IMG/VR virus record: IMGVR_UViG_3300025437_000009
DNA from: a virus
Taxonomy: Duplodnaviria > Caudoviricetes
Strand: one strand, 5' to 3'
Length of the DNA stretch: 64,000 bases
Positions 1-9,632 of the stretch are shown here, in pieces (the stretch's first letter is position 1; every line of letters starts with the position of its first letter). A model generated the notes under the pieces. The model made no database searches and was not told where the DNA came from. It worked only from the letters and a program-made list of their open reading frames with translations. The translations under genes were made by a program, and so were the position numbers.

Positions 1-1
1 G

Positions 2-487
2 TTATTCCTTGTTTGGTACGCAGTTATTTACACGCACTCCACCTTTGACTTTGGTCTTAGGTGTGCCAATGTGTTTGCCTGACCAGCACTTAGGATCTAA
101 TCGTGTTTTAGTTGCTTTCGCTTCAGTTAATACTTGATTGTACCATGTCATGGCATTTTCTAACATAACCATTAGATCCTGCACCGATTCGCAATGCCAC
201 TTGCGTAGAGCTTTGTTGATACGGCTGTTTGGATCACGTTTAGTTTTTGCACCAGCACGATGTTTCTTCATGCCCTTCATTCGAGCACAAAAACTCTTAC
301 GACGCTTAGAGGCTTTTGACCCCTTCTTTAACTTGCTAGGTTTTGTAGTAACGGCAGTCTGTAGTTTAGAGCCAGGATGACTACGGCGATAAGACGCAAC
401 ACCCTTTTTATTTAGGCCGCCATTTTTGTTTTTGCCTTTACTGGTTTGCCAGGCTTCAGCTTCTACAACAAAATCTGAACTTTTCAT
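2..487 (-). CDS. basic modular phage protein (DUF6321-like), putative internal head protein
   Basis: AWQ..GKN..GGLN.KG.ASY.R..PGS...SFCARM.GMKK....PNSRINKALRKW.C module recognised from T4-like/cyanophage proteins; N-terminus MKSSDFVVE. Confidence 0.65.
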   Translation of the reverse strand: MKSSDFVVEAEAWQTSKGKNKNGGLNKKGVASYRRSHPGSKLQTAVTTKPSKLKKGSKASKRRKSFCARMKGMKKHRAGAKTKRDPNSRINKALRKWHCESVQDLMVMLENAMTWYNQVLTEAKATKTRLDPKCWSGKHIGTPKTKVKGGVRVNNCVPNKE

Positions 488-488
488 A

Positions 489-2543
489 TTACTTGATGCT
501 TTCTTTTAATTCGTCAACTAAACTATTTAGTTTTTTGCTTTTTTCGTTCTGTAGCTTAGTCCAGTAGTCGGTGGATTCATCTACATGTTTAGGTTTCTTA
601 TGTGCCTTCTTCATAGCAATAGCAATAGCGGCCTGCTGTGCTGGGCTACCAGCTTCTTTCATAATAGGCATAAGTGTAATTTTATCCGCTTTGGTTTTGT
701 CGCCCTGATTATATAACTTCTTCTTCCAGTTATCGTGGAATTGACGAGCTTGTTCATAGTAGTCAAATTGTTTAACAGGTTTACCAGCTAGACAAACAGC
801 ATATGGTTCTACTTTTTTAAAGTCTTGATATCCCTCTGCTACACCCTGTTTTAATTTGCGTTCATAATCAGCTATAATCTCATTGCGATATTGTGGACTT
901 TGTGCAATAGCACGATTGATATGATCAGGATATACAGGAGTCTTGGCTTGTCGGTTTACTACTGCATGGTGACGTGGATCTGGATCATCTTCCCATTCGC
1001 CATCATCAAAATCATTTTCAAATTTCATATTACCACCAATTGGACTTGCGCTATCGTTAGCCATAAAGTCATTACTGTCTTCATCAACACCTGTTAATGC
1101 TATCACAGGATCTGCACTTTCTTTAGCCCATTGATCGTGCTCGCTTGACCAGTCGTTTGTACCATCATACCAACTGTCTTCTTCAAGTCCAACCATTGTA
1201 TACTTGTTAGCAGGATCTCTAACACCAATCTGCATGCCAGGATATTTGTTTTTGATAGCCTGTGCGTGACGCTGTGCCAACTCTTGTGACTCATGCGACT
1301 TAATAGGTACCCAATCTGCTCCTACACGTTTGCATACAGTATGATACCCTGCCGCATTAGGTACTGTAAGTCCTCGAATAGCTAGGTCTTTCATGCCGCC
1401 TTCTTCTAATTCACCTTGATTGGGATCGGATACAGGTTTAACATAAGCGCCTTTGTTGGTAAGATATTCGTGAATAAACTGTAACAAATAACTAGGATTA
1501 CCAAATAGATTTAACACTAGAGTCTTTTTAGTTTCTGAATCAGGCATTGCAGATAGGATGTCCATGACACCTTTAATCTGTTTGCGTTTGATTTTGATTG
1601 GAATCAAACTGCCCGGAGCTTCAATATCTACTGTATCGTGATTCGCTACATACGCATTGACAAATTTTTGTAAATTATCATCTGCTACTTGTTTAACAAA
1701 AGGAGTTGGGTTAACAGCTTCTGCTACCTTTTGTCCACCCACTAGACTTAATAAACTAGCCGCTTTTTGTTGTCTTGCTGTACCTAGGTCTTTTACTTTA
1801 CCTGCACCAGTAGTGGGCTTTGGTTGAACAGTGGGTTGATTAGCAGCCCAATTAGTAGCTGGTTGTGTTTGATACTGAGCCAATTGTTGTTTTGGACTTA
1901 CTACTCGTCCTGGTGTTTGTGTCAATTGACTAGCCATCTGACCTAGTGCAGGACTTGCAGTAGGTTCTTGAGTTGTTTGAGCAGTAGGCTCTTGTGCCGT
2001 TTGTTGAGTCTGTTGAGGCTCGGCGGCAGTTGATGATGTTCTTGGAACAATAAATGTAGGAGCTGTTCTTGTTTGTGCAGGCTTAGTTGAAGCCTTAGGA
2101 GTTCCAGTAACTGGATTAAATAAGTCTTTGGGTTTTTGTGTTACCTTAGGTTCTTCTCCACGCTCAATATCCTGTGCAGCACGTGCTTGCTCGGGCGGTG
2201 TAAGATCCATACCGGCAACTTTTTGTGTAAAGTCTTGGAAACGACGTTCTTTGTCTTGTACAAACTTGTTAGTAGAATCGATCTGTTTATATAAATCTTT
2301 TTCTTGTTTTTGCAGTTGATCAATTTGTTGTTGCTGTTGTTGATTTAACTGATCAGTTTTCCAACTGTGCGCCGCCAGGGCTTCTACATCATTAGCACCG
2401 GGATATTCTTTACGTGCAGCATCAATGGCCTTGCGAGTATCTGCATACTTAGTAGTTTTATAAAGATCTTTATCCTGAGATTTCTTTGCGCTAGCTTTTG
2501 CTTCTGCAAAGGTCAATGGATTAACTAAGTCGTACAAATTCAT
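489..2543 (-). CDS. 684-aa modular protein, putative protease-processed internal head protein
   Basis: long ORF; short modules separated by LEEG/LEED/VDED/VAEG/MKEA/VDES. Confidence 0.55.
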   Translation of the reverse strand: MNLYDLVNPLTFAEAKASAKKSQDKDLYKTTKYADTRKAIDAARKEYPGANDVEALAAHSWKTDQLNQQQQQQIDQLQKQEKDLYKQIDSTNKFVQDKERRFQDFTQKVAGMDLTPPEQARAAQDIERGEEPKVTQKPKDLFNPVTGTPKASTKPAQTRTAPTFIVPRTSSTAAEPQQTQQTAQEPTAQTTQEPTASPALGQMASQLTQTPGRVVSPKQQLAQYQTQPATNWAANQPTVQPKPTTGAGKVKDLGTARQQKAASLLSLVGGQKVAEAVNPTPFVKQVADDNLQKFVNAYVANHDTVDIEAPGSLIPIKIKRKQIKGVMDILSAMPDSETKKTLVLNLFGNPSYLLQFIHEYLTNKGAYVKPVSDPNQGELEEGGMKDLAIRGLTVPNAAGYHTVCKRVGADWVPIKSHESQELAQRHAQAIKNKYPGMQIGVRDPANKYTMVGLEEDSWYDGTNDWSSEHDQWAKESADPVIALTGVDEDSNDFMANDSASPIGGNMKFENDFDDGEWEDDPDPRHHAVVNRQAKTPVYPDHINRAIAQSPQYRNEIIADYERKLKQGVAEGYQDFKKVEPYAVCLAGKPVKQFDYYEQARQFHDNWKKKLYNQGDKTKADKITLMPIMKEAGSPAQQAAIAIAMKKAHKKPKHVDESTDYWTKLQNEKSKKLNSLVDELKESIK

Positions 2544-3301
2544 TATAGTGTTCCTGCTGATTTCTGTTTAATTTGTTGTAGGTTTTGAATTAACTTGTTA
2601 GCATCGGCTGGATTGGCATTTACTAGAGCATCTTCAACACCCTTGCCAAGAGCACCAACAATCTTCTTACCAGTCTGATCCATACCAGCTCCAGTAGTTG
2701 GGTTGACATTAGGATTCTGTGCGTTAGCTACAGCAGTCTTGGCAGCTTGACTTGCACCAACTCCAGTTTTAATTCCAACTAAATTTTGTAACTTTTGGAA
2801 TGCTTGACCAGTCTGTGCTGTTTGCTGAGCCAGTTGTCTTTGTTTAATAGGGTCTTGACCCTGAGGAGGATTATTTGCACCAGCTTCTTTTACTGTTTCT
2901 TGTTCTTTTACAAATTGTTCCCATGCGGCCATTAGTTCTTCTTCTAAGTCACCGTTTATTGGACTGCGACTATCATCAGGACCTGCACCCTGTACATAGT
3001 TCATCTCTAGGCCACTTTCTTCCATACCGCCTACACCCATACCTGGCTTAGGTGGGTTAGGATCAGTACCTTTCCAATAGCCACCAAACTTTGCACCCGA
3101 TGGATGCTTTTCAGCATCAGCCATAGAACCTTCATCCATGTCGCCCATGATGTTGTCCCAAAATTCTGCGTGCTCATGTCCCCATTTTTCACAGAACTGA
3201 TCACGTGTCATGCGCTCGGCATCACGCCACATGGCTTCTTTGGTCATGCCTTCATCTAAGCGTTTGAATGTCTGCAGAATGTTGTAAAAATTATTATCCA
3301 T
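2543..3301 (-). CDS. modular hypothetical protein, putative internal head protein
   Basis: ORF coupled to neighbours; LDEG/MDEG/MEES/VKEA motifs. Confidence 0.55.
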   Translation of the reverse strand: MDNNFYNILQTFKRLDEGMTKEAMWRDAERMTRDQFCEKWGHEHAEFWDNIMGDMDEGSMADAEKHPSGAKFGGYWKGTDPNPPKPGMGVGGMEESGLEMNYVQGAGPDDSRSPINGDLEEELMAAWEQFVKEQETVKEAGANNPPQGQDPIKQRQLAQQTAQTGQAFQKLQNLVGIKTGVGASQAAKTAVANAQNPNVNPTTGAGMDQTGKKIVGALGKGVEDALVNANPADANKLIQNLQQIKQKSAGTL

Positions 3302-3756
3302 TACTTAGGAGCCTTAATTTTAACAGGACCGCCTTTGGTCATTTGATTAGTATAGGTCTTTTGACGCTTGATCATTTCGGTAGGCATATTACCCTGCTGA
3401 GAAAAACTTACGGCAACACTAGGGCTACCAGTAGCACCAGCAGTGGCATTTTCATTCAGACTTTCAGTGAACATACGTTCTGCATCTCTAGCATCAAATC
3501 CTGGAACTTCTGGTTGATGTCCCATTTCGTGCTGACTTTTTAAATAATCAGTAACAGCATCAATCATACCTTTGGCAACAGCAATTTTTTCCTGGCACCA
3601 TTCTGGGATATCTTCGTTATTTTTTAAACTTTTGGCTAGTTCAACTGCATCGCGAACCATAGTATGTAGGTTATTTTTGACCATACCCACTTCGTCACTA
3701 TACTCGTACTTTTCTGCTGATTCTGCGTATTTGTTAATAAAGTCTGTAGTTTTCAT
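3301..3756 (-). CDS. hypothetical protein, putative internal head protein
   Basis: MKTTDFINKYAE start; late motif TAAATA upstream. Confidence 0.55.
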   Translation of the reverse strand: MKTTDFINKYAESAEKYEYSDEVGMVKNNLHTMVRDAVELAKSLKNNEDIPEWCQEKIAVAKGMIDAVTDYLKSQHEMGHQPEVPGFDARDAERMFTESLNENATAGATGSPSVAVSFSQQGNMPTEMIKRQKTYTNQMTKGGPVKIKAPK

Positions 3757-3780
3757 AATATAATTCCGTTGTTAGTGTAT

Positions 3781-4053
3781 TTATTCTGTTGTTGTAAACT
3801 CGTTTGCGGAAACAACATCATCTACTGTTATGTTCTTAGTCTGTATGCTTCCGCTTGAATTTATCTGCTCTACTCGTAACACATGTGATCCGGGCAGTAA
3901 ATTTACTATAATATTTTCACGCACAAATACTTCGTGAGCTGACCAAATAAAATCTCGTTCAGTTAATAAATCACGGTCTACATATATGCGATATGTGGGA
4001 TTAGATTCTCCTCGACGTGCATATACATCTACGGTGATTTTATGTTCGGTCAT
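3781..4053 (-). CDS. hypothetical protein (90 aa)
   Basis: ORF overlapping the stop of the upstream gene. Confidence 0.6.
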   Translation of the reverse strand: MTEHKITVDVYARRGESNPTYRIYVDRDLLTERDFIWSAHEVFVRENIIVNLLPGSHVLRVEQINSSGSIQTKNITVDDVVSANEFTTTE

Positions 4054-5057
4054 GGGTTAAATGCTAACTTAGCACGTTCTGCTTTAAGTTGCTCAATTCG
4101 TTGTTTGAGCTTTTCTTTATATTCTGCAGGTAATTGTTCTGTAGTAATACGTTGTTTAATTTCGTCAATTAAATTTCCTAAATGCTCGATCTCTCGCATA
4201 GTTAAACGATCAACAGCACTGGGCTCTGTTTCTGCTAAATCAAATGCTTTAAGGCTTTTTTTAATCTGTCCGGGACGCACATCTTTAGTCAAACTCATTG
4301 AATAGCGTGGATCATTGGCCTGTGCTTTACTAGCAACAACACCTACACCCGCGGCTTCACCAACTGGTTCGGGTTTTCCTACCTTTTGTAGCTGGGCTTT
4401 ATTTTTTAACTGTGGTGGTTCTACAGATTTTGCTGGCAACAGTTTATTATCCATAATCTGTTGAGCTTCGTGAGTATAACGTCCGTACAAATCTTTGATT
4501 ATTTGTTGACGTTGAGCATTATCGGCTTTTGCGTATAAATTTCTAATGCTAGTAGCACCAGTAATTTTTTGTCCTAGTATTTCAAATTCTTGTACTTTGA
4601 CAGTTTGAACGTATGCGTGTTTATCTGCACTTTCAACTGAGGTTTGATCATTGGGTAAGGGTTGTAATTTTTTTGGAGTACCGTCTGATTTTGTTCCGCC
4701 ATTGAATAAGCCTGGTTTTTCATCTACGTCTTTTTGGCTTACAGGGAAGATCATAACAGTATGGCTAAGATCATTGATTCCCAGTGCTTTGGCAGCAACA
4801 TCGGGGTTATAGTTGTTTGATAACTGTAGTATGCGATCAGATGGAATTCCCAACAAGTTCATGAAATAAACTCGTTCGGAAAGTGTAAAAGGACTGTCTG
4901 GGAGTTCTACTTTACCGCTGGTGCCAATATAGACATTTTCACGTCCGTATGTACCAACTAGGTTGTTGTAGACTGCAGCATGTCCGCGATGGAAGGGCTG
5001 GAATCTACCACAAAAAATAACAACAACACGCCGTTCGGCTAATTCATTAATAAACAT
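4050..5057 (-). CDS. HxGH nucleotidyltransferase (cytidylyltransferase-like) with C-terminal modules
   Basis: GRFQPFHRGH motif; SPFT..ER and SATSIR-like (GATSIR) motifs. Confidence 0.75.
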   Translation of the reverse strand: MFINELAERRVVVIFCGRFQPFHRGHAAVYNNLVGTYGRENVYIGTSGKVELPDSPFTLSERVYFMNLLGIPSDRILQLSNNYNPDVAAKALGINDLSHTVMIFPVSQKDVDEKPGLFNGGTKSDGTPKKLQPLPNDQTSVESADKHAYVQTVKVQEFEILGQKITGATSIRNLYAKADNAQRQQIIKDLYGRYTHEAQQIMDNKLLPAKSVEPPQLKNKAQLQKVGKPEPVGEAAGVGVVASKAQANDPRYSMSLTKDVRPGQIKKSLKAFDLAETEPSAVDRLTMREIEHLGNLIDEIKQRITTEQLPAEYKEKLKQRIEQLKAERAKLAFNP

Positions 5058-5087
5058 AGTAACAGTTCTCTATTACTATATTTATCT

Positions 5088-5543
5088 TTAAATGTTTTCA
5101 AGCAACCATATGTAAAAGGGTGATTCGACCGGTAAGGTCCACGAGCCGTTCCATCCTAGATCTACACAGTTATCAAGCACAGGCCTGGAGGGATCGTCCC
5201 CAACAAATGTGCTTTTTCTCCACGTTAATTCACCTATATCAATATCGTCAATCTCAACGCTATCAATATGTAATAACATGTCTTTGACAATCACAAAATC
5301 TTCTTTGGTTTCGTCATCTTTGACCACTTGATCATTGGTTTTATTTTCAAATCGAATCGTAAGTTTACAGGGACCTTCATCAACTGAAACATCAAATTCA
5401 ACAAATTCAACTATGCCCGACTCTTGGGAGATAATACCTTCGGAGTATTTTGTGTCATTTACTAAGACAGTATACTGGGGTTTTTTATCCCAGTATACGC
5501 CCGAAAGACCAATTTTAAAATGAAGATTTTCTGTACTAGACAT
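5088..5543 (-). CDS. hypothetical protein (151 aa)
   Basis: intact ORF in operon. Confidence 0.6.
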   Translation of the reverse strand: MSSTENLHFKIGLSGVYWDKKPQYTVLVNDTKYSEGIISQESGIVEFVEFDVSVDEGPCKLTIRFENKTNDQVVKDDETKEDFVIVKDMLLHIDSVEIDDIDIGELTWRKSTFVGDDPSRPVLDNCVDLGWNGSWTLPVESPFYIWLLENI

Positions 5544-5545
5544 TG

Positions 5546-6430
5546 TTATGGTGTTGGTGTTGCTTGTAGTGCTTTTTCCATTTGAGCACCCTGTGCTTTT
5601 AGTGTATCTTCAATGATACCCATGCTACCACGCTGACCGATAGCAATCTTATCTAAGTCACCAGCATATTCGTAATGTCCAACGTGGTTCAACAATACTT
5701 TACTGTGTGCCCAAATTTCGCCACCTAGTTCTTGCCAACGACGGCAGAATAGCCAATCTTCTGACAAATAGTGACCACGTTCGTCGATCTTGCAATCGAA
5801 GATTGAGTACATCATTGGCTCGTACTGCTTACCTAGACCTACATCGTCTACATATTTGCACTCTGGATGTGCAGCAATTAACTTTTCATATACTGAACGT
5901 TTGAATAGTAAGAAGCCTGTGCCCATTGTATCTACTGTAAAGATATCGCCTTGAATCTTAGTCTGTGGCATCAAGTTAATAACATAACTTACAGGTAGGG
6001 CCTTCTTAGGATACAAGCCACCGATGACTTCTTTATCGTAAGCCAACATACTTAGAATTGATTCTGGTTGGAAACGAATATCAGCATCAATAAACATGAA
6101 GTGAGTGGCCTGTGTGTTAGTCATCATCTTAGCCATTAAATTGTTACGAGCACGTGTTACTAATGATTCGTTAACCATTGTGTCTAATGACCAATTTAGA
6201 CCAGCTTGTGCGGCTAGTAATGTAAACCGTAGGAAGCTGGTCATTGTTGGTTCTGAAACCATACCACCATAGCATGGGATACCAATGTGCAAGTGAATTT
6301 TGCTAAAGTCAAACGGTTGACCTTGACCTTGTGGTTGTGCCACTGGAGCAGCGGCTGCTTGTTTTTGTTTTGCGGCTGCTGCTTTGATTAAATTCACAGC
6401 ATCGGCTTGACTGATTTTCTTATCGCTCAT
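5546..6430 (-). CDS. GT-A fold (GT2-like) glycosyltransferase
   Basis: IGIPCYGG, FMFIDADI (DxD), LSEDWLFCRRW motifs. Confidence 0.7.
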   Translation of the reverse strand: MSDKKISQADAVNLIKAAAAKQKQAAAAPVAQPQGQGQPFDFSKIHLHIGIPCYGGMVSEPTMTSFLRFTLLAAQAGLNWSLDTMVNESLVTRARNNLMAKMMTNTQATHFMFIDADIRFQPESILSMLAYDKEVIGGLYPKKALPVSYVINLMPQTKIQGDIFTVDTMGTGFLLFKRSVYEKLIAAHPECKYVDDVGLGKQYEPMMYSIFDCKIDERGHYLSEDWLFCRRWQELGGEIWAHSKVLLNHVGHYEYAGDLDKIAIGQRGSMGIIEDTLKAQGAQMEKALQATPTP

Positions 6431-6454
6431 TGATATCTCTCTTTAGTTAATTGA

Positions 6455-6619
6455 TTAGGCTGATGTTACTTCAACAAGTGTGCCTGCACCTGCTAATTCT
6501 TGTACTACTGCTTCTAAACTAGTAATTAGGTCTTCATTTACGGCTGTACCAGCGGTGTCTGAATCTTTAATTAATTTACTGATTTTAATAACCAGCACAT
6601 CTTCTTGTAATTTTGCCAT
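6455..6619 (-). CDS. small hypothetical protein (54 aa, MAKLQEDVLVIKISKL...), absent from ORF track
   Basis: AGGAG SD, TAAATA upstream, open frame to TAA. Confidence 0.7.
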   Translation of the reverse strand: MAKLQEDVLVIKISKLIKDSDTAGTAVNEDLITSLEAVVQELAGAGTLVEVTSA

Positions 6620-6644
6620 CACAGGCTCCTTGAATAATATGCTA

Positions 6645-7370
6645 TTATTTATCGGCCACTACAACCAGCTCGTGAATATTTGAAACCAAACCTGGAGAAA
6701 TTAATGCAATAAAAGTAGTGACACTAGGATCATTTGTGTAAAAATATCCATTCCACATGTAGCTACTAGATTTGGTTAGCATGGTCAAAAATCCATTGGG
6801 TATTTTAACCATTTCTGGCCCAAGAGAATTAAGATAGTTTAGTATGCTGTCCTTAACGTCTTTCGAATACTTACCATCACGGAGCACAACTTTATGGCTA
6901 TAGCCAAGATTCTTTTTGCGTATAATAGCACCAGAATCTAATAAATTCTTTGAAGTATCATCTTCTGGGCCAGTGATATTTTCAATATAGACGTGGTCTT
7001 TGGGACTAAAATATGTATCAATTATAGTTGTTAATTCTTCTTCGGAATTAGCGTATAGTTGTAGTCGAGGCTCTTCAATTCGCATTTTAATATTAGGTAA
7101 TCGCTGATGCCTTAAGGCTTTCATACGCTCAAGGAATTCAGGATCAGCCTTGTCTATATTTTTTGCTAGTCTTTCTCCCCACCATCCTTTGATATTTACG
7201 GATAAGACTCTGCGATGTTCTAATTCATCAACCACTGACCTTTTACTGTCTACAGCACGACCAGCTGGACAAAATACGATTAATCTATATAGATACCGCC
7301 CATAAAACTTTTTAGAAGTATGATCCCGTACAATCTTAGGATTGTACAGAATCCATTTTGATATATCCAT
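6645..7370 (-). CDS. hypothetical protein
   Basis: long ORF following clpA; start codon uncertain. Confidence 0.6.
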   Translation of the reverse strand: MDISKWILYNPKIVRDHTSKKFYGRYLYRLIVFCPAGRAVDSKRSVVDELEHRRVLSVNIKGWWGERLAKNIDKADPEFLERMKALRHQRLPNIKMRIEEPRLQLYANSEEELTTIIDTYFSPKDHVYIENITGPEDDTSKNLLDSGAIIRKKNLGYSHKVVLRDGKYSKDVKDSILNYLNSLGPEMVKIPNGFLTMLTKSSSYMWNGYFYTNDPSVTTFIALISPGLVSNIHELVVVADK

Positions 7371-9624
7371 TAGCATCAATCATAGGAGTTGCTGGGATAA
7401 ATTGACCCAGAGCAGTAAATTCAAAAGCATCATCCCGCCAATCGACTTCAATTACGGTGTGTGCAGGAATAGTGTCGAACAAAATCTTTTTACTTAGTGG
7501 TACTTTAATCAAATCGTTAATCTTACGACCTAAAGGACGAGCACCCATTTTACTATCGTAGCCAACTTCAGCTAAATGATCTGTTGCTGCTTCAGTTAAC
7601 CGAATCTTCAGTGATTTTTCACTTAGTAGATCATTCATTTCGTTAATAAACTTAGCAACAATCTTCTTAATACTGATAGTATCTAACTTATTAAACTTAC
7701 AAACACCATCTAAACGATTGCGGAACTCTGGTTTAAAGAAGTCTTTAACTGCTTTGTCATCTTCACCAGACTTTTGTAATTCACGACCAAAGCCAATGTT
7801 ATTACGTTCGTTATCTGCAGCACCAAGGTTACTGGTAAGAATAATAATGGCGTTACGTGCATCTGCTTTTTTACCGTTACTACTTGTAATAGTACCTTCG
7901 TCCATTAACTGTAGTAAGATATTCATTACATCCGGGTGTGCTTTTTCGACTTCGTCAAATAGAACAACACAGTTAGGATTCTTTTCAATGTCGCTGATTA
8001 ATAATCCGCCACCAAGATTTGAGTCATCATATCCAACATAACCTGGAGGAGCACCAATTAATTTAGCGGCTGCATGCTTTTCTTGATATTCACTCATATC
8101 GTAACGTAGCATCTTCATGCCCATACCTTCGGCCAACAATTTAGCAAGTTCTGTTTTACCAGTACCAGTTGGTCCCAGGAATAAGAAATTACCAATTGGT
8201 TTGTTCATTGATTTTAGTCCAGCACGTGCTACATAAATTTTATCCAGGACTGTATCTACTACAGAATCTTGTCCGTATAGTTTAGTTTTGATTGTTTCTT
8301 CCAGCCCCACAAGACTTTTAGTTGATTCAGATCCAATTTGTTCTGCGGGAATCTTAGTAAACTTACTGATAATGTCAACGATATGACTCTTACGCACAGT
8401 CCATGCTATGGCATTAATTTTTAATTTAGCTGCGGCTGTGTCAATTAAGTCAATGGCTTTGTCTGGTAACTTCTTGTCTGGTTGATAACGAACACTCAAA
8501 TCAACAGCGGCATCAATAGCTTCATCACTGATTGACCCTTCGTGGAATGCTTCAAAATATTCTTTAAGGCCATGTAAGATTTCTTTAGCTACTGCGGGAG
8601 TTGGTTCCTCGATGGTCATACGTACAAAGCGACGCATAAGGGCACGATCTTTTTCAAATGATTGTGTGTATTCTTCCCAAGTGGTTGATGCAATAACTTT
8701 AATTTGTCCTTTGGCCAGTGCAGGTTTAATCATATTAGCAAAGTCTACTGAACTGTTACTAGCTGAACCAGCTCCACGCATTTGATGTGCTTCATCAATA
8801 AACAAGATGCACTTGCCTTTGGCCTGTAGTGCACCAATGACATCTTTAAACTTTTCTTCAAACTCACCACGATATTTAGATCCAGCAAGCAATGACCCAA
8901 TATCTAAATTCCATACTGTGTAGTCGCGTAAGTATTCGGGAACACTACCCTCAACAATATTGCGGGCAAGTCCTTCGGCAATAGCTGTTTTACCCACACC
9001 GGCATCACCAACCATTAAGATATTACACTTGTTACGTTTGGCCAAGACCTGTGCTATTTCATCTAGTTCAAATTCACGTCCGACTACTGGATCAATTTTA
9101 CCGTCTTTGGCCTGCACATTTAAATTTTCACAGTATTCACGTAGAATATCATCGGCACGTGCATTGGCCGGCAAACGTTTGGCTTTACTTTCTACATAAT
9201 TTTGATTATAGAATTCAACCAATTGACTGCGTTCTAATCCATATTTGATAAAGAAATAACTTGCGTGGCTATTTGCTTCGCTGGCTATACTTAAAAAGAT
9301 ATCAATGACTTGTACATGATTACGTCCACTAAACAGGACCTGTGTAAATGCACGATTAAAAATTCTTTCAAGACTGTGAGTTTTCTTTGGAATATGATCT
9401 GCGTCAGGGGAAACTAGATATGTTTGTTTATTTAAATAATCCTCGAGGTCTTTAACTAGAGCATCAGCATCTATACCATAGGCCACAAGTAAATCATTAA
9501 ATGGTTTAAATGTTACAAGTCCGTGTGTTAAGTGTTCTATGGTAACATATTCGTGGTTATAATTTTTTGCTAGATCAGTTGCACTAGCAATAATAACTTC
9601 AATTTCTGGATTGTGTTGGATCAT
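7336..9624 (-). CDS. clpA: ATP-dependent Clp protease ATP-binding subunit ClpA
   Basis: Clp N-domain, two Walker A motifs (GDAGVGKT, GPTGTGKT), GSKYRGEFEE, LIGAPPGYVG, MGARPL; no ClpB middle domain. Confidence 0.92.
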   Translation of the reverse strand: MIQHNPEIEVIIASATDLAKNYNHEYVTIEHLTHGLVTFKPFNDLLVAYGIDADALVKDLEDYLNKQTYLVSPDADHIPKKTHSLERIFNRAFTQVLFSGRNHVQVIDIFLSIASEANSHASYFFIKYGLERSQLVEFYNQNYVESKAKRLPANARADDILREYCENLNVQAKDGKIDPVVGREFELDEIAQVLAKRNKCNILMVGDAGVGKTAIAEGLARNIVEGSVPEYLRDYTVWNLDIGSLLAGSKYRGEFEEKFKDVIGALQAKGKCILFIDEAHQMRGAGSASNSSVDFANMIKPALAKGQIKVIASTTWEEYTQSFEKDRALMRRFVRMTIEEPTPAVAKEILHGLKEYFEAFHEGSISDEAIDAAVDLSVRYQPDKKLPDKAIDLIDTAAAKLKINAIAWTVRKSHIVDIISKFTKIPAEQIGSESTKSLVGLEETIKTKLYGQDSVVDTVLDKIYVARAGLKSMNKPIGNFLFLGPTGTGKTELAKLLAEGMGMKMLRYDMSEYQEKHAAAKLIGAPPGYVGYDDSNLGGGLLISDIEKNPNCVVLFDEVEKAHPDVMNILLQLMDEGTITSSNGKKADARNAIIILTSNLGAADNERNNIGFGRELQKSGEDDKAVKDFFKPEFRNRLDGVCKFNKLDTISIKKIVAKFINEMNDLLSEKSLKIRLTEAATDHLAEVGYDSKMGARPLGRKINDLIKVPLSKKILFDTIPAHTVIEVDWRDDAFEFTALGQFIPATPMIDANGYIKMDSVQS

Positions 9625-9632
9625 AAAAATAT

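Noticed and set aside
4050-5057. NAD-reconstitution pathway (Nampt + Nmnat type)
   Set aside because: No nicotinamide phosphoribosyltransferase partner in the window, and the HxGH fold alone does not fix the substrate
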